Assembly: GCF_006345805.1 (NCBI RefSeq)
Contig: NC_043004.1
Span: 72,292,001-72,356,000, forward strand
From: Octopus sinensis
Lineage: Eukaryota
DNA: 64,000 nt
Direction of reading: 5' to 3'
In this document: one piece after another, positions 53,172-63,914 of the stretch
Numbering within the stretch: the stretch's first letter is position 1
Layout: the number at the start of each line of letters is the position of its first letter
Notes under the pieces: model-generated
Seen by the model: the letters and a program-made list of their open reading frames with translations, nothing else
Database searches by the model: none
What the model was told of the DNA's origin: nothing
Made by a program: the position numbers and the translations under genes

Positions 53172-55106
53172 TCATGGAGGCTTTCTAGCAACTGCTATTT
53201 GGTGCATGAGAGAGTTCCATGCAGCTGCCCTCATCTGCCCCTCCTGCCGTGAAGTTGGTTCATCTGGGACACCTGACAGGAAGAGATCCAGCTCCATTTT
53301 AAAGACATCTGTATCCACCCCATGCAGGTCTCTCAGGTTCATCGGGAGGATATTGAAGAGCTGTGGGCCTCGGAAGCCCAGGCTATCACAGAATCTTGTC
53401 CTACATCTTGATGGCAAGTTTGGAGTCCTAGGCACCACGCAGTGGCGCCCAGTTCTGGCGTTTGCGTAACTCTCGATGCCAAAGTTCAGGACACTTCCCT
53501 CCAGGATCTTCCAGATGTATATTATGGCATATCTTTCCCGCCTACGCTCCAGGGAATATAATTTTAATCTCTTGAGTCTTTCCCAGTAGCTTACATTCTG
53601 CATAGAGGCTATCTTCGTGTAGCTTCGTTGGATCGCCTCAAGTTCTGTGATCAACTTGACACTGGATGGTGACCATAGCTGAGAGCAATAGTCAAAGTGA
53701 CTTAGGACAAGTGTCTTCCAGAGGACCATCATGGTTTCTTGTTCTCTTGTTCTAAAGGTTCTAAGAATCCATCCAGCCAGCCGTCTGCATTTCACTGTCA
53801 GTTTAGCAACATGTACATGAAAGGTCGCGTCATCACTCATGTGAATACCCAGGTCACGCACTGATTGTGCCTCTGGGATTGCAATCCCTCCGGGTCCAGT
53901 GTATTCCTTGGGTATTGCATTCAGTTTTGCATGCTGATAGTATAAAGCTTGAAACCTTTCAGCATTGAACTGCATGCTATTCTTTTCAGCCCACTTGTAT
54001 ATTTCGTCCAGCTCATATTGCAGGTGCCTAGTGTCTTCAGGGTTCTGTATTGCCTGTGAAACTTTTGTATCATCTGCATAACTTGTGATCGTGGCTCTCC
54101 GCGTGGCTGAGGGCATGTCTGAGAGGGCCATTATGAACAGTAGTGGTCCCAAAACAGTGCCCTGTGGAACACCGCTCACTATTTGCGTGCTAATGGAAGT
54201 GGCCCCATTGGCTACTACCACCTGACTTCTATTCTTCAGAAAGTCGTGAAGCCATTCTCCTAGTTTTCCAACTATGCCAAGATCACGCAGTTTGTGACAT
54301 ATCATTCCATGATCGACTTTATCGAAGGCCTTTGCGAAGTCGAGATATATGACTACCACATTTGAGTGGTTGAGCAGTTGTTTCAGCACCCAGTCATAGT
54401 GCTGCAGGAGCTGAGTTAAGCAGCTTCTTCCTGGTCGGAAACCATGTTGGGTGTCAGGCAGCAAGTCATTTTCTTCAAGGAAGGTGATTAGTTTCCTTCT
54501 GACTATTCGTTCCATGACCTTGCTGATGTGTGAGGTCAGAGAGATAGGTCTGTAGTTCTTGGCCTCCGCTCTGCTACCTCCTTTATGAATAGGGCATATT
54601 TTACCTTCCTTCAGTTTTCTTGGAAGTTTGCCAGCTGCAAGGAAGCTCTGAAAGAGGAACTGCAGTGGTCTTGCTAAGACTCTCTTACATACTTTTAGGA
54701 GGATTGCCGGGAATCCATCGGGGCCAATAGCTGAGTCTATTTTCATTTCATCTATAGCCTTTATTACATCATCTTCCTTTATATCGATGTAATTTAACGT
54801 CGCCGCCTCTGATTCTATGTCTGCAGTGGTAAAAAAGTCAGTTGGATTGCTGATTTGGAAATGCCCAAGGGGTGGAGTGAAAACACTCTTGAATTGTTCA
54901 TTCAGTATTTCACTTACCCTCATTGGTTTTCCTGTGAGTGTGCCATCCTTTTCAAGGAGTGGCCCTATCCTACAGTGCACCGTAGCTGTTTCTTTGGCAT
55001 ACCTGTAGAAAGCTCTGGGGTTAGTTTTTATGTTGTCTATAGCCCAGGCTTCTTTGTCTGCTCTTTCCTTCTCATGGGAGAGTTGCAGACAATTTTCAAT
55101 TTCCAA
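53172..55106 (-). CDS. CR1 ORF2 reverse transcriptase part
   Basis: NYRPISLTS, QHGFRPGRSCLTQLL, YLDFAKAFDKVDH, SGVPQGTVLGPLLF, YADDTKV and SLERRRER. Open for 644 aa. Confidence 0.93.
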   Translation of the reverse strand: MEIENCLQLSHEKERADKEAWAIDNIKTNPRAFYRYAKETATVHCRIGPLLEKDGTLTGKPMRVSEILNEQFKSVFTPPLGHFQISNPTDFFTTADIESEAATLNYIDIKEDDVIKAIDEMKIDSAIGPDGFPAILLKVCKRVLARPLQFLFQSFLAAGKLPRKLKEGKICPIHKGGSRAEAKNYRPISLTSHISKVMERIVRRKLITFLEENDLLPDTQHGFRPGRSCLTQLLQHYDWVLKQLLNHSNVVVIYLDFAKAFDKVDHGMICHKLRDLGIVGKLGEWLHDFLKNRSQVVVANGATSISTQIVSGVPQGTVLGPLLFIMALSDMPSATRRATITSYADDTKVSQAIQNPEDTRHLQYELDEIYKWAEKNSMQFNAERFQALYYQHAKLNAIPKEYTGPGGIAIPEAQSVRDLGIHMSDDATFHVHVAKLTVKCRRLAGWILRTFRTREQETMMVLWKTLVLSHFDYCSQLWSPSSVKLITELEAIQRSYTKIASMQNVSYWERLKRLKLYSLERRRERYAIIYIWKILEGSVLNFGIESYANARTGRHCVVPRTPNLPSRCRTRFCDSLGFRGPQLFNILPMNLRDLHGVDTDVFKMELDLFLSGVPDEPTSRQEGQMRAAAWNSLMHQIAVARKPP

Positions 55107-56271
55107 GTTTTATTTTCAGGCGGGACTTTTCACTGCTTTCAATTTGTTTGTTTAGGCGATTTGAGATTTTTGTGCGCCGTCTCATTAAAATTTTTCTCTC
55201 TCTGGGGATTTTGTTCTTGTGTACAGTGGCCTTTCTCTCTGGGACACATTTGTAGCATATGGCTTGCATTACAGACATGAATTGTTGAAGTATCATGTCG
55301 ATGTCCGGCGAGGAGAGACATTCAGGCCAGTTTTGTTTGAGGATCTCTTTCTCAATTTGTTTCCAGTTTGCCTTATTGAAGTTCAAGCTGGAAAGACTCT
55401 GAGGGTTTCTTGTAGGCTGCATGTCCGTGCTCTCTTTTGGCCCGTACATGGTCAGCTCTATCATGTTGTGATCCGAGAGTAGTGTCGGTGTCACTTTCAC
55501 ATTATGGATGAGATCCATATTATTTGTGAAGCAGAGATCCAGTGTGTTACCCGCTCTGGTTGGTTGGAGTATTACTTGCTCCATGTACAGGGTGTTGGTG
55601 AGGTTCAGGAGGGACCTCGCCTGTCCTCGTTCACATCTTGTCATTCCTGGGAGAGAAAGGCCCTCGGGCCATCTGACATTCGGTAGATTGAAGTCTCCCA
55701 TGAGAAGTACACTTATGTGTTGTTCTAATGTGGTTAGAACTTCTTCTATTTTTAAAAGGCAGTCCTCAAACTTGCCCATATGACTTGGGGCATCTGGAGG
55801 GCGATATGTAGCACACACAACTACATCAAGTTGCCTTATGTGTACAATTAGTGTGTCACACACCGAGTTTGAGTATGACAAAAGGACCTGGGGTGTGAGG
55901 TCCCCACGGATGTACATAGCAACTCCTCCATGACTTCTTTCTTTCCTGTCGGTCCGTAGTACAACATACTGTGGTATGTGTAATTCCGCATCTGCTATGT
56001 CCGGTTTCAGATGCGTTTCTGTGAGTGCTATGCATAAGGCTTGATTGCATGCGACAAAGTCTCTCAGGAACGGGACTTTTGTCCTGTTACTGTGTGTTAG
56101 TAGTCCTCTGATGTTCAGTAGGAGCATCGAGGTGAGGTGTATGCTGTTGCCGGTGGTGTCCACCCTGGGTCCATCTGCTGTGGCGGTCTTGTGAACCGTG
56201 GGCAGTTCCATCTGCGAGCCTGAGCCTGATGGAGCCAGGTTAGCTGCTGTACAATCTTTTGTGCCATGCAC
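55096..56271 (-). CDS. CR1 ORF2 AP-endonuclease part (single frameshift to the RT part at ~55100)
   Basis: LLLNIRGL, ALTETHL, RTDR..HGGVAMY, YRPP, MGDFNLP, TLDLCFTN and SDHN. Confidence 0.9.
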   Translation of the reverse strand: MHGTKDCTAANLAPSGSGSQMELPTVHKTATADGPRVDTTGNSIHLTSMLLLNIRGLLTHSNRTKVPFLRDFVACNQALCIALTETHLKPDIADAELHIPQYVVLRTDRKERSHGGVAMYIRGDLTPQVLLSYSNSVCDTLIVHIRQLDVVVCATYRPPDAPSHMGKFEDCLLKIEEVLTTLEQHISVLLMGDFNLPNVRWPEGLSLPGMTRCERGQARSLLNLTNTLYMEQVILQPTRAGNTLDLCFTNNMDLIHNVKVTPTLLSDHNMIELTMYGPKESTDMQPTRNPQSLSSLNFNKANWKQIEKEILKQNWPECLSSPDIDMILQQFMSVMQAICYKCVPERKATVHKNKIPRERKILMRRRTKISNRLNKQIESSEKSRLKIKLGN

Positions 56272-57001
56272 AAAAAAGATTCCTGCTCAGCAGCTGCCCT
56301 TTCAACAACACGTTGGTGGTTTGTGGTACGCACCACATCTGCGTACCTCCGTTTTGGGGCCGGTGATGCGTGGTCCATCCCATTTCCTTTCGGTGGTTGG
56401 TTTCTGTGGCAGGGTCCCGGATGTGCAAAGCGGCAGCCTGCACCTTCCTCTCCATGCCGGCAGGCACCTCTCAGGTAGAACCTACATACCCGTGTGCGCT
56501 GCTTGTTTCCATCCTTTTTGGCATATGGACAGTTAGGTTTGCCTCTATCCCTGGCTGTCTTGCCCCTTGGCTTTGTCTGAGTTTTAGCTTCAGTTTTTCC
56601 TCTTTTTTTTGGCCTCTTCATCTCCATGTCCATGGCTTTTGGTGCCGGTAGGAGCATCCGTACCTGGGTTCACCTCCCGGGCAGGCCTCTCGCCTTTCTT
56701 CCTGGGCGTCCACCAGGTGGGGGTGACCCTCCTCATCTGCGCCCGCGTCTCCATCCTTGCCATCTTTACTTTGTTCGCGTTTTTCGCTGTTAAAAATGGC
56801 ATCCAGTGTGTTTATGTGCGATCTGACAAGTGCGTATGAGCGTACGAACTCTTGCCTCTTCCGCTCTATTTGTGCTGACGTCCTTTTGAATCCTTTGTTC
56901 CTTAGTGCTGCCGCAATTATGTTACTTGGACTTTCTCCGTCAGCGCATTGCCATCCTCGCAGGAACCACGCCAGTTCATCACGTTTCCAAGCTCTGGACA
57001 T
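56115..57001 (-). pseudogene. CR1 ORF1, frameshifted: Myb/SANT-like N-terminus + CCCH zinc finger
   Basis: MSRAWKRDELAWFLRGW..IIAAALRNKGFKRTSAQIERKRQEFVRSY (56618-57001) and CRFYLRGACRHGEEGAGCRFAH (56115-56657). Confidence 0.65.
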
Positions 57002-57810
57002 TCTTGATATATTATCTATCTATCTAATTATGTTAAGTTATATTAATCCAATAGTAGGGGGGTAATAGAGAAAGAGAGCGTCTATGTACTTAAGGAGAGA
57101 TTGGGAGCCAAGAGAAGAGAGCAAGAGAGAAGAGGAAGAGGAGAGATATTTTGTCTATCTATCTATCTATCTAATTATATTAAGTTATATTAATCCAATA
57201 GTGCAATAGGGGGGTAGGGGGGTAATAGAGAAAGAGAGCGTCCATGCACTTAAGGAGAGATTGGGAGCCAAGAGAAGAGAGCAAGAGAGAAGAGGAAGAG
57301 GAGATACTGAGTGCTGAAGGAAGATAGAGAAAGCCTCTATGCCCTCAGAGAGAGATTGAGAGCTTAGAGAGGAGAGCTGAGACAGACAGAGAAGCGCAAG
57401 GGAGAGAACCGAAGAGACAGACAGAATTCTAAACGAAGCTGTTGGGCCATATCTTTATATATTTTTAAAAATTTTATTCACTTCGTCCATTTTTGAATTT
57501 GCTGCTGCATTGAAATGGTCAATACGCACATAGTAACCCAAATTTTCACTGATGACCACAAAATGCTTTATCACAAAGTTCGAAATCACGTGATTTGAAT
57601 ACGTCTGCAAATTAATTTGCGATTTTTAATCGCGATTGGAAAGTTAGCTTTTATATTTACTCGTTTCCTCGAATTCCCCAGTGAGTATAAGTGATAAATG
57701 TTGTTTTTGAGCCGTTTTGACTCTGATTATAAACTAATAATTTTACTTTTATTGTCATTTGATGCTCAGTGGGTACTTATTTTTTTAAAATTAATAATAA
57801 TATCTTTATC

Positions 57811-57912
<102 letters not shown>

Positions 57913-57919
57913 TATATAT

Positions 57920-57971
<52 letters not shown>

Positions 57972-57974
<3 letters not shown>

Positions 57975-58250
57975 AGGATCAATGGCCCAGTGGTTAGGGC
58001 AGCGGACTCGCGGTCGCAGGATCGCGGTTTCGATTCCCAGACCGGGCGTTGTGAGTATTTATTGAGCGAAAACACCCAAAAGCTTCACGAGGCTCCGCCA
58101 GGGGGTGGTGATCCCTGCTGTACTCTTTCACCACTCTTTCTCTCACTCTTTCTTCTGTTGGCCTGCTCGCTTAGCCAGCGGGGTGGCGTCATTCGAAGGG
58201 TAAAACAATGCAAACGCATTGTGACCAGCGATGTGTAACAACATGTGTAA
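57972..58250 (+). mobile_element. tRNA-derived SINE
   Basis: TGGCCCAGTGGTTAGGGC..GGTTTCGATTCCC head. Same family as 41763. Confidence 0.8.
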
Positions 58251-58281
58251 CAATATCTGATGGTCTGGTTGGTCACGTGAT

Positions 58282-58331
<50 letters not shown>

Positions 58332-58363
58332 TTTATAATTATAAGCATAATTATAATTAGGGT

Positions 58364-58524
58364 CCAGCAAAATTGCTTCACCACATATCGAAATTTAGAA
58401 ATAGCAGTTAAATACTATTCTACTACCATAACATATCTCCCAGTATTGCTGTCTGAGAGATATCTTATGGTAGTAGAATAGTATTTTACTGCTATTTCTA
58501 AATTTCGGTATGTGGTGAAGCAAC

Positions 58525-58530
<6 letters not shown>
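58364..58530. repeat. Short foldback hairpin of a repeat fragment related to the 545-bp unit
   Basis: TTGCTTCACCACATATCGAAATTTAGAAATAGCAG..TCTC is mirrored about 14 nt later. The left arm aligns with the array segment TTACTTTGCCGCATACTGAACTCATTAGAAATAGCAGCTAAA. Confidence 0.75.
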
Positions 58531-58585
<55 letters not shown>

Positions 58586-59100
58586 AGGTAACAATGAAGT
58601 AAATAAAATTTATTGAGCTCTATCATTGCCTTGGCATTCATCTTGAACTTTGCCCTGTTGGAAATTTATCCCTGTTATATATTTGTGAGTAAACAGACAG
58701 CATCCCCGAAACAAATAGAATTATTGAGATTCCATTGATCAAAGCTATAGAAATATGTGCAAATATCAGATATCGGAAAGAAATGGAAATACATTTTTCA
58801 TTTAAAATTCTTACCCAAAATAAATGGCTAAATATATTTTTAAAATATGAGAAGTTATTCAAATTATTCCTTTTCCAAATGAATCAGACCAAATAATCAT
58901 TCGACATTATTAATGATGTTCTCAAGGCGGCGAGCTGGCAAACTCGTTAGCCCGCTGTCGTTAGTGTTCTGTTTGAGTTAGTGAGTTGGAAGTGTATACG
59001 CTCCTTCTGAGTTCCGTTTTTGTTTAACTGTTAATTATTGAATTGTTGGATTGTTCTTACTTGTTGAACTTGTTACCGTTTTTTTAATTTTCTTCGCCAT

Positions 59101-59690
59101 TTATGGGTGACGTTGTGAATAATATGGAAAGTACACCAGCAGTGCAAGCGGGCAGTTATGATGCGGTGACTGGCAAAAGCCCGTCAGCGGAGGGACTTCA
59201 AGTCAAAGAAATAAAATTGAAAGAGGAAAAAAATACAATGATTTATTAAGAAAGGAGAGAGATAGCCTGAGGTTAACGCCCACGCTCCGAAAGAAGTAAC
59301 AGAAAGATCGGAAAAAGTAACATTGAAAGATTGCATCACAAAAGGTGGAAATAGCAGCGGTCGAGGAGTGCCTCGGAGAAATTAAGAACGTAGTCACGTA
59401 CTATACCAGAGAAAGGAAATACGGCACAGTGGAGGTACGCTTTGTGAATGAAGAAGGAGCGAAGAAATACACCACTGTGCCTTTGAGATCAGCAGAGTGG
59501 GCGCTGATACCGACCTCTTGTGGCAAACGTTCGGCCAGGGTAAGAATAGGTAAAGTTCCCCCAGAAATTGATGAGGTGTTGCTGGTGGCAGCTATTCTCT
59601 TCAACACAGAGGAGGACACTTAGATAATAGAAATATCAAGAACTACGGAGGTGAACTGGTGGGGGTATGGACTTGAAGTATTGGTCCATA
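59101..59690 (+). mobile_element. Possible L1/Tx1-type LINE ORF1 fragment
   Basis: GTVEVRFVNEEGAKK..SARVRIGKVPPEIDE resembles RRM-type LINE ORF1s. Interrupted by stops, with no ORF2. Confidence 0.4.
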
Positions 59691-59867
59691 TAAATATTGT
59701 TTTTCCAAAACCGAAGAGAACTCATTGGATTGTTGACTTTTTTCAACGAACTCAAAAATATATAAAATTTTCCACAGTCCAACATTCATAAAGAATTCTT
59801 GAAAGGAATGAAAGCGTTCAATAAATGATATTCTTCTAAATTCTGACTACTTTCTTTTATTACATAC

Positions 59868-60197
59868 ACCTTCGATTTGGCGGAGGTATTGTTTTCAGTC
59901 GTATTTGTTTGCCCGTGGACAAGATATCGCAAAAACCGCTGGATGGATTCGAATGAAACTTTCAAGGATCTTTGGTCTCGTGACTGACACGAACTGATTA
60001 GATTTAAGGATCGATCCGGTACCGGACAAGGATTGTTTGTTACTTAATTTTTGAGAGCTATCGGGTTCATTTTTAGTATTCTCGCTTGTGAGAGCAATGG
60101 AGTTTATTTCAGATATTCTCATCACAAAAAACATCTTCGATTTTGAGAGGAATTAGGTGTTACTTTGGAGGGGTTTTTCGCTTTCTGAGTGCTCTTG
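59868..60197 (+). mobile_element. Non-autonomous element (Helentron/MITE-like)
   Basis: CCTTCG..GGCGGAGGTATTGTTTTC start, internal GATCGATCCGG palindromes and a CGCTTTCTGAGTGCTCTTG end resemble widespread Helentron-associated elements (recall only). Confidence 0.4.
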
Positions 60198-60635
60198 ATA
60201 ATATTGGTTTCAAATGTTGGCAGAAGGCCAGCAGTTTTTGAAGAGAGATCACGTCGATTACATCGACCCCAGTGAATAAAAGAATGAAAGGTATAGTTGA
60301 CCCAAGCAGCATTTGAACTCAGACGTTTAGGCGGACAAACTGCCGCTAAACATTTTGTCCAGCGGTGCCAACTTTTCTGCTAGTTCACTGTCTTCTTTTA
60401 TCAATATAAAGACTTGCACACCTCAACAAAATTTATGCATACATACATCAGATTCGAGTAAGAACTTTGTAGAACACTATGCCAAGCCCGACTATATTTA
60501 TTAGCTGCCTGATCTCATCATACATTGGAAATGATCCTGCTATGGGATATACATCAGGCATTCCTAATATCTGTAGAGTTTATAGAAATAAATAAAGGAT
60601 AGCGAATGGAATAAGCGGCATTCTTTATCTTTAAA

Positions 60636-60743
60636 AATCATTACAATTGTTTCGACACATTTTTACACCCATAGTACATGGATGAGATGTAGTGTAATCA
60701 TTATCATGCATCCAAGGTGTAGAATGTGCCTCTTCAGGTGATT
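60636..60743 (-). ncRNA. Hammerhead ribozyme motif with extended helix II
   Basis: AAUCAC-CUGAAGA-GGCACAUUCUACACC..GGUGUAAAAAUGUGUC-GAAA-CAAUUGU-A-AUGAUU: canonical core and palindromic helix III ACAAUUGU. Confidence 0.72.
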
Positions 60744-61039
60744 GTTTTAAAAAAGTCCTTCGTTAGATCCTACGTGTGGCAATGCATACCCAAGTTGTTC
60801 TGTGATTTTCTGTAGCTTACAGACAAAATGCTAAACCCATAGATACAGTGACAGACAAGATACAATTATAATCAAAATACAAAAAAAATACAGAAATAAC
60901 AAATTCAAATCTCCATCGGTGGAATGTAGATAACAAAACAATGTCACATTTCAAACATGAGAGAAGTCTTGCATACTTTTGCACTTAACAGATTGTATTT
61001 GAAATGTGCAGTTAACTTGGTTGATTTCTTTCTCTGAAA

Positions 61040-61200
61040 ATGCAAGCTTATCTAGACTGACATGCGGCGTGTCTCTTCCAAGTTTGTCCCCCGCTTGCTG
61101 ACCACTGAGCAGAAGGAACATCGCGTTGAAGACTCTCAAAATCTTTGTCAGCGTGCCGATGGTGATAAAATAATTACCAACTGAGTAGTGGGGTTGATTT
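61040..61200 (+). mobile_element. mariner internal fragment
   Basis: MRRVSSKFVPRLLTTEQKEHRVE linker motif. Confidence 0.65.
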
Positions 61201-61459
61201 AATCGACTATGCCCACCGCCAAATTTCAGGCATTGTGCCAATTGTATGAAATTAAAAATGGTAGCAACGTCGGTTCCTACGGAACAGCCATGTTTAAGTG
61301 GTGACAAATATTACTTCTCACTGTAGTCACTGCTTTCATCTCTTATCGAGATTTTCTAACTCGCTACTTTGCTTGTTGCAAGATCAGCGACTGGTTGTCA
61401 CCTGTTCTCTGTATATTGCGATCTGGAGTGAACTACTGCTGTCTCTAGCGGACGAGTAT

Positions 61460-61507
61460 CCACCACTGAGGATGACCACAAATTGGTCGAAATCGTAAGT
61501 CTGGTGG
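61460..61507 (+). ncRNA. Well-preserved type I hammerhead ribozyme
   Basis: CCACCA-CUGAGGA-U-GACC-ACAAAUU-GGUC-GAAA-UCGUAAG-UC-UGGUGG: 6-bp helix I, 4-bp helix II, GUC triplet and minimal helix III. Confidence 0.82.
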
Positions 61508-62344
61508 CCCCGTGGCTGGAAGATGATAGGTATTCACTCCCCAGCTTACAATATATGTGGTTAAAATGGCAGAAACGTTGGCTCCTACGGAACAGTTATG
61601 TGTCAGTGACGATAACGATTACTTCTCAATGAAAAAATAATTCTTATTTCTATGTTTTTTATCAGATTACAACTGTTCCCATATAACAGTTTTACTGTAA
61701 AAATATTATTGTTTTCCCAAGGTCTATCTTACATGCGCAACACAAAAAAGAGAGAGCAAACTTTATAATACTTAAATGATTTCGTATCGAAAATAGTTTT
61801 CGCATAAAAAAAGTTTTCCTGCATAAATTTTAGTTTTGCAGTGGAAGGAATATCATATTTTACTGGCCAAGAACAATTTTCGCCGTTGTTCAGCTTAATG
61901 TTTATAATTTGTTCAATGAATTTTTATTCTGTTTACGTGCGTATTTATAACGTATGTATTTACGTGTATATGCGTGTATGTATGTATAAAATTAAGGTTA
62001 TTATTTTAAACCAAGTATAACGTTTCTTGGTGGGTAGGGGTAGTCAGAATACTGAGAGTAGGATTAAATTCTAATCAACTCTTATTAACTGAAATTCAGT
62101 GTAATCTGAATGCTGGTTGAACCAACAGACTTAAATTCCACTCTATAGATTTCTATATATGTGCACATTTTATTGTCGGCAAGAATAGCTGCGACGAAGC
62201 AGAAATTTTGGATATAGTTGGAGTACACATTTTACATAAACTTGAAATAGTAACGTCATCCAGCAGAATCAGAATTGATAGTGTTAATGGATCATCACGT
62301 AATGTGAATGGCCATGAGAGTGAACAAACTCAGAATGACAGGAA

Positions 62345-62510
62345 TTCGATTATTTACATTATTTACATTATTTACATTCGACAGATATTTGTCCTCATCT
62401 TGTTTGTTAACACAACGTTTCAACTGATATACCCTCCAGCCTTCTTCAGGTGTCTTGGGGAAATTTGGAACCTGGGTTCTCATTCCTAGGGAATTTTTTG
62501 TATTTTTCGA

Positions 62511-62553
<43 letters not shown>

Positions 62554-62640
62554 GTTGTTGTTGTTCAAGTCACTGCTTGGAATCGAACGCGGAATCTTTG
62601 GGTTAATAGCCCGCGCTCTTAACCACTACGCCATATACCC
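62345..62640 (-). mobile_element. tRNA-headed short element carrying a hammerhead ribozyme
   Basis: Head GGGTATATGGCGTAGTGGTTAAG..GTTCGATTCC (A and B boxes), then an (AAC/AAT)n linker, a body with an HHR at 62409-62454 and an (AATGTAAAT)n tail. Confidence 0.75.
62409..62454 (-). ncRNA. Type I hammerhead ribozyme
   Basis: GACAC-CUGAAGA-A-GGCUG-GAGGGUAUAU-CAGUU-GAAA-CGUU-GUGUU. Confidence 0.75.
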
Positions 62641-63010
62641 GTGGGCATATGGCGTAGTGGTTTACATTATTTACATTATTTACATTCAACGGATATTTAT
62701 CCTCATCTTGTCCTTAACAATATTCTTGATATTTGTCCTCACCACAACCACAACAACAATAACAACAACAACAATAATAATAGTAATAATAACATCGAAA
62801 AATACAAAAAAGTACCTTAGGAAAGAGAAACCAGGTCGAATGTAAATAATGTAAATAATGTACATAATTCCTCATCTCTTAAATATAGAACAGGAATTCG
62901 ATTAGTTTGATTTTTAAAAGTTGTTGATTTAAAAAATGTTATAAATGACAACTTAGTAAATTTCCGAGATGGAACACAGAGCGCCATTCCTATTTAAAAT
63001 CCATCAATGA

Positions 63011-63049
<39 letters not shown>

Positions 63050-63726
63050 TGTGTATACTTCGTTTTTGTATCTGGTCTGCAAGATTCTTCATGTAAATTC
63101 GTGTGTTCAAGCATATTTTGTTGTGTGTAGGGAGAGTTTATGCCAATATTATTAACATAGTGCGTGTCTTAATACTATTGTCCTAATGACTCTCTCTAGA
63201 CACAACAAAATATGTGTGTGTGTGAGTATAAAAGAGAAAAAAGCGAGTGAGAAAGTGTTTTTGTATATATACAGGTCTATAAATAATTACAACACCCACC
63301 CAACCACAATCATACACATCCACACACATTTACTGCTAGATAAATGAGCGTCGAAAACACGGTCTCACTTCTACTTATTATATTCCGGTATTTCTTGTTT
63401 CTCTCATTTCTTTTCCTTCTCTTTGATAATATGTATACCCAAAGCATTGGATTTTCGAGGGGATGGGTCATTCACGCATTTATTTTCATTGTCCACACTC
63501 TTACATTGTTTTCTTTCATTTCATATTTCCACCATGTGTTTTATTCGTCTGACTTTATGCATTATTTTCTTGCTTGTCACTTCCTTGTTCCATAATCTTA
63601 CTGGATTTATTTATGATTATTAACTGCTTATCTGCCAATGTATCTGTTTATATATCTATCTATGTGACTACATTATTGTGTATATGTGTTTATATGCCTC
63701 TTTATAATTGTAAGTGTATATATATA

Positions 63727-63770
<44 letters not shown>

Positions 63771-63914
63771 AGCAATAAAGATTCAAGTTAATTTTAAAAA
63801 AATTTACTTGAATATGGTACCTAACTTAGATGCACCAAAAAAAACTATACTGATTTAACAATACAGTAATGTGGGGTGATTATAAGCGAGAAAGAAGCAA
63901 CAAGAATGGATAGG

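Larger units (their letters stand above)
53083..57430 (-). mobile_element. Near full-length CR1-clade LINE
   Basis: ORF1 region, APE+RT ORF2, short 3' UTR and (TCAA)n tail at 53083-53103. The purine-rich 5' region has an internal tandem duplication (57010-57300). Confidence 0.92.

Noticed and set aside
57545-57600. CTGATGA..GAAA-TCACGTGAT-TTGAA hammerhead candidate
   Set aside because: The core and palindromic helix III are present, but the base of helix II does not pair and helix I is only 4 bp. It is kept as a weak candidate only.
62571-62640. Genuine tRNA gene
   Set aside because: The acceptor stem and T-arm do not close as a proper cloverleaf, and the sequence runs into a repeat body. 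It is treated as a SINE head.
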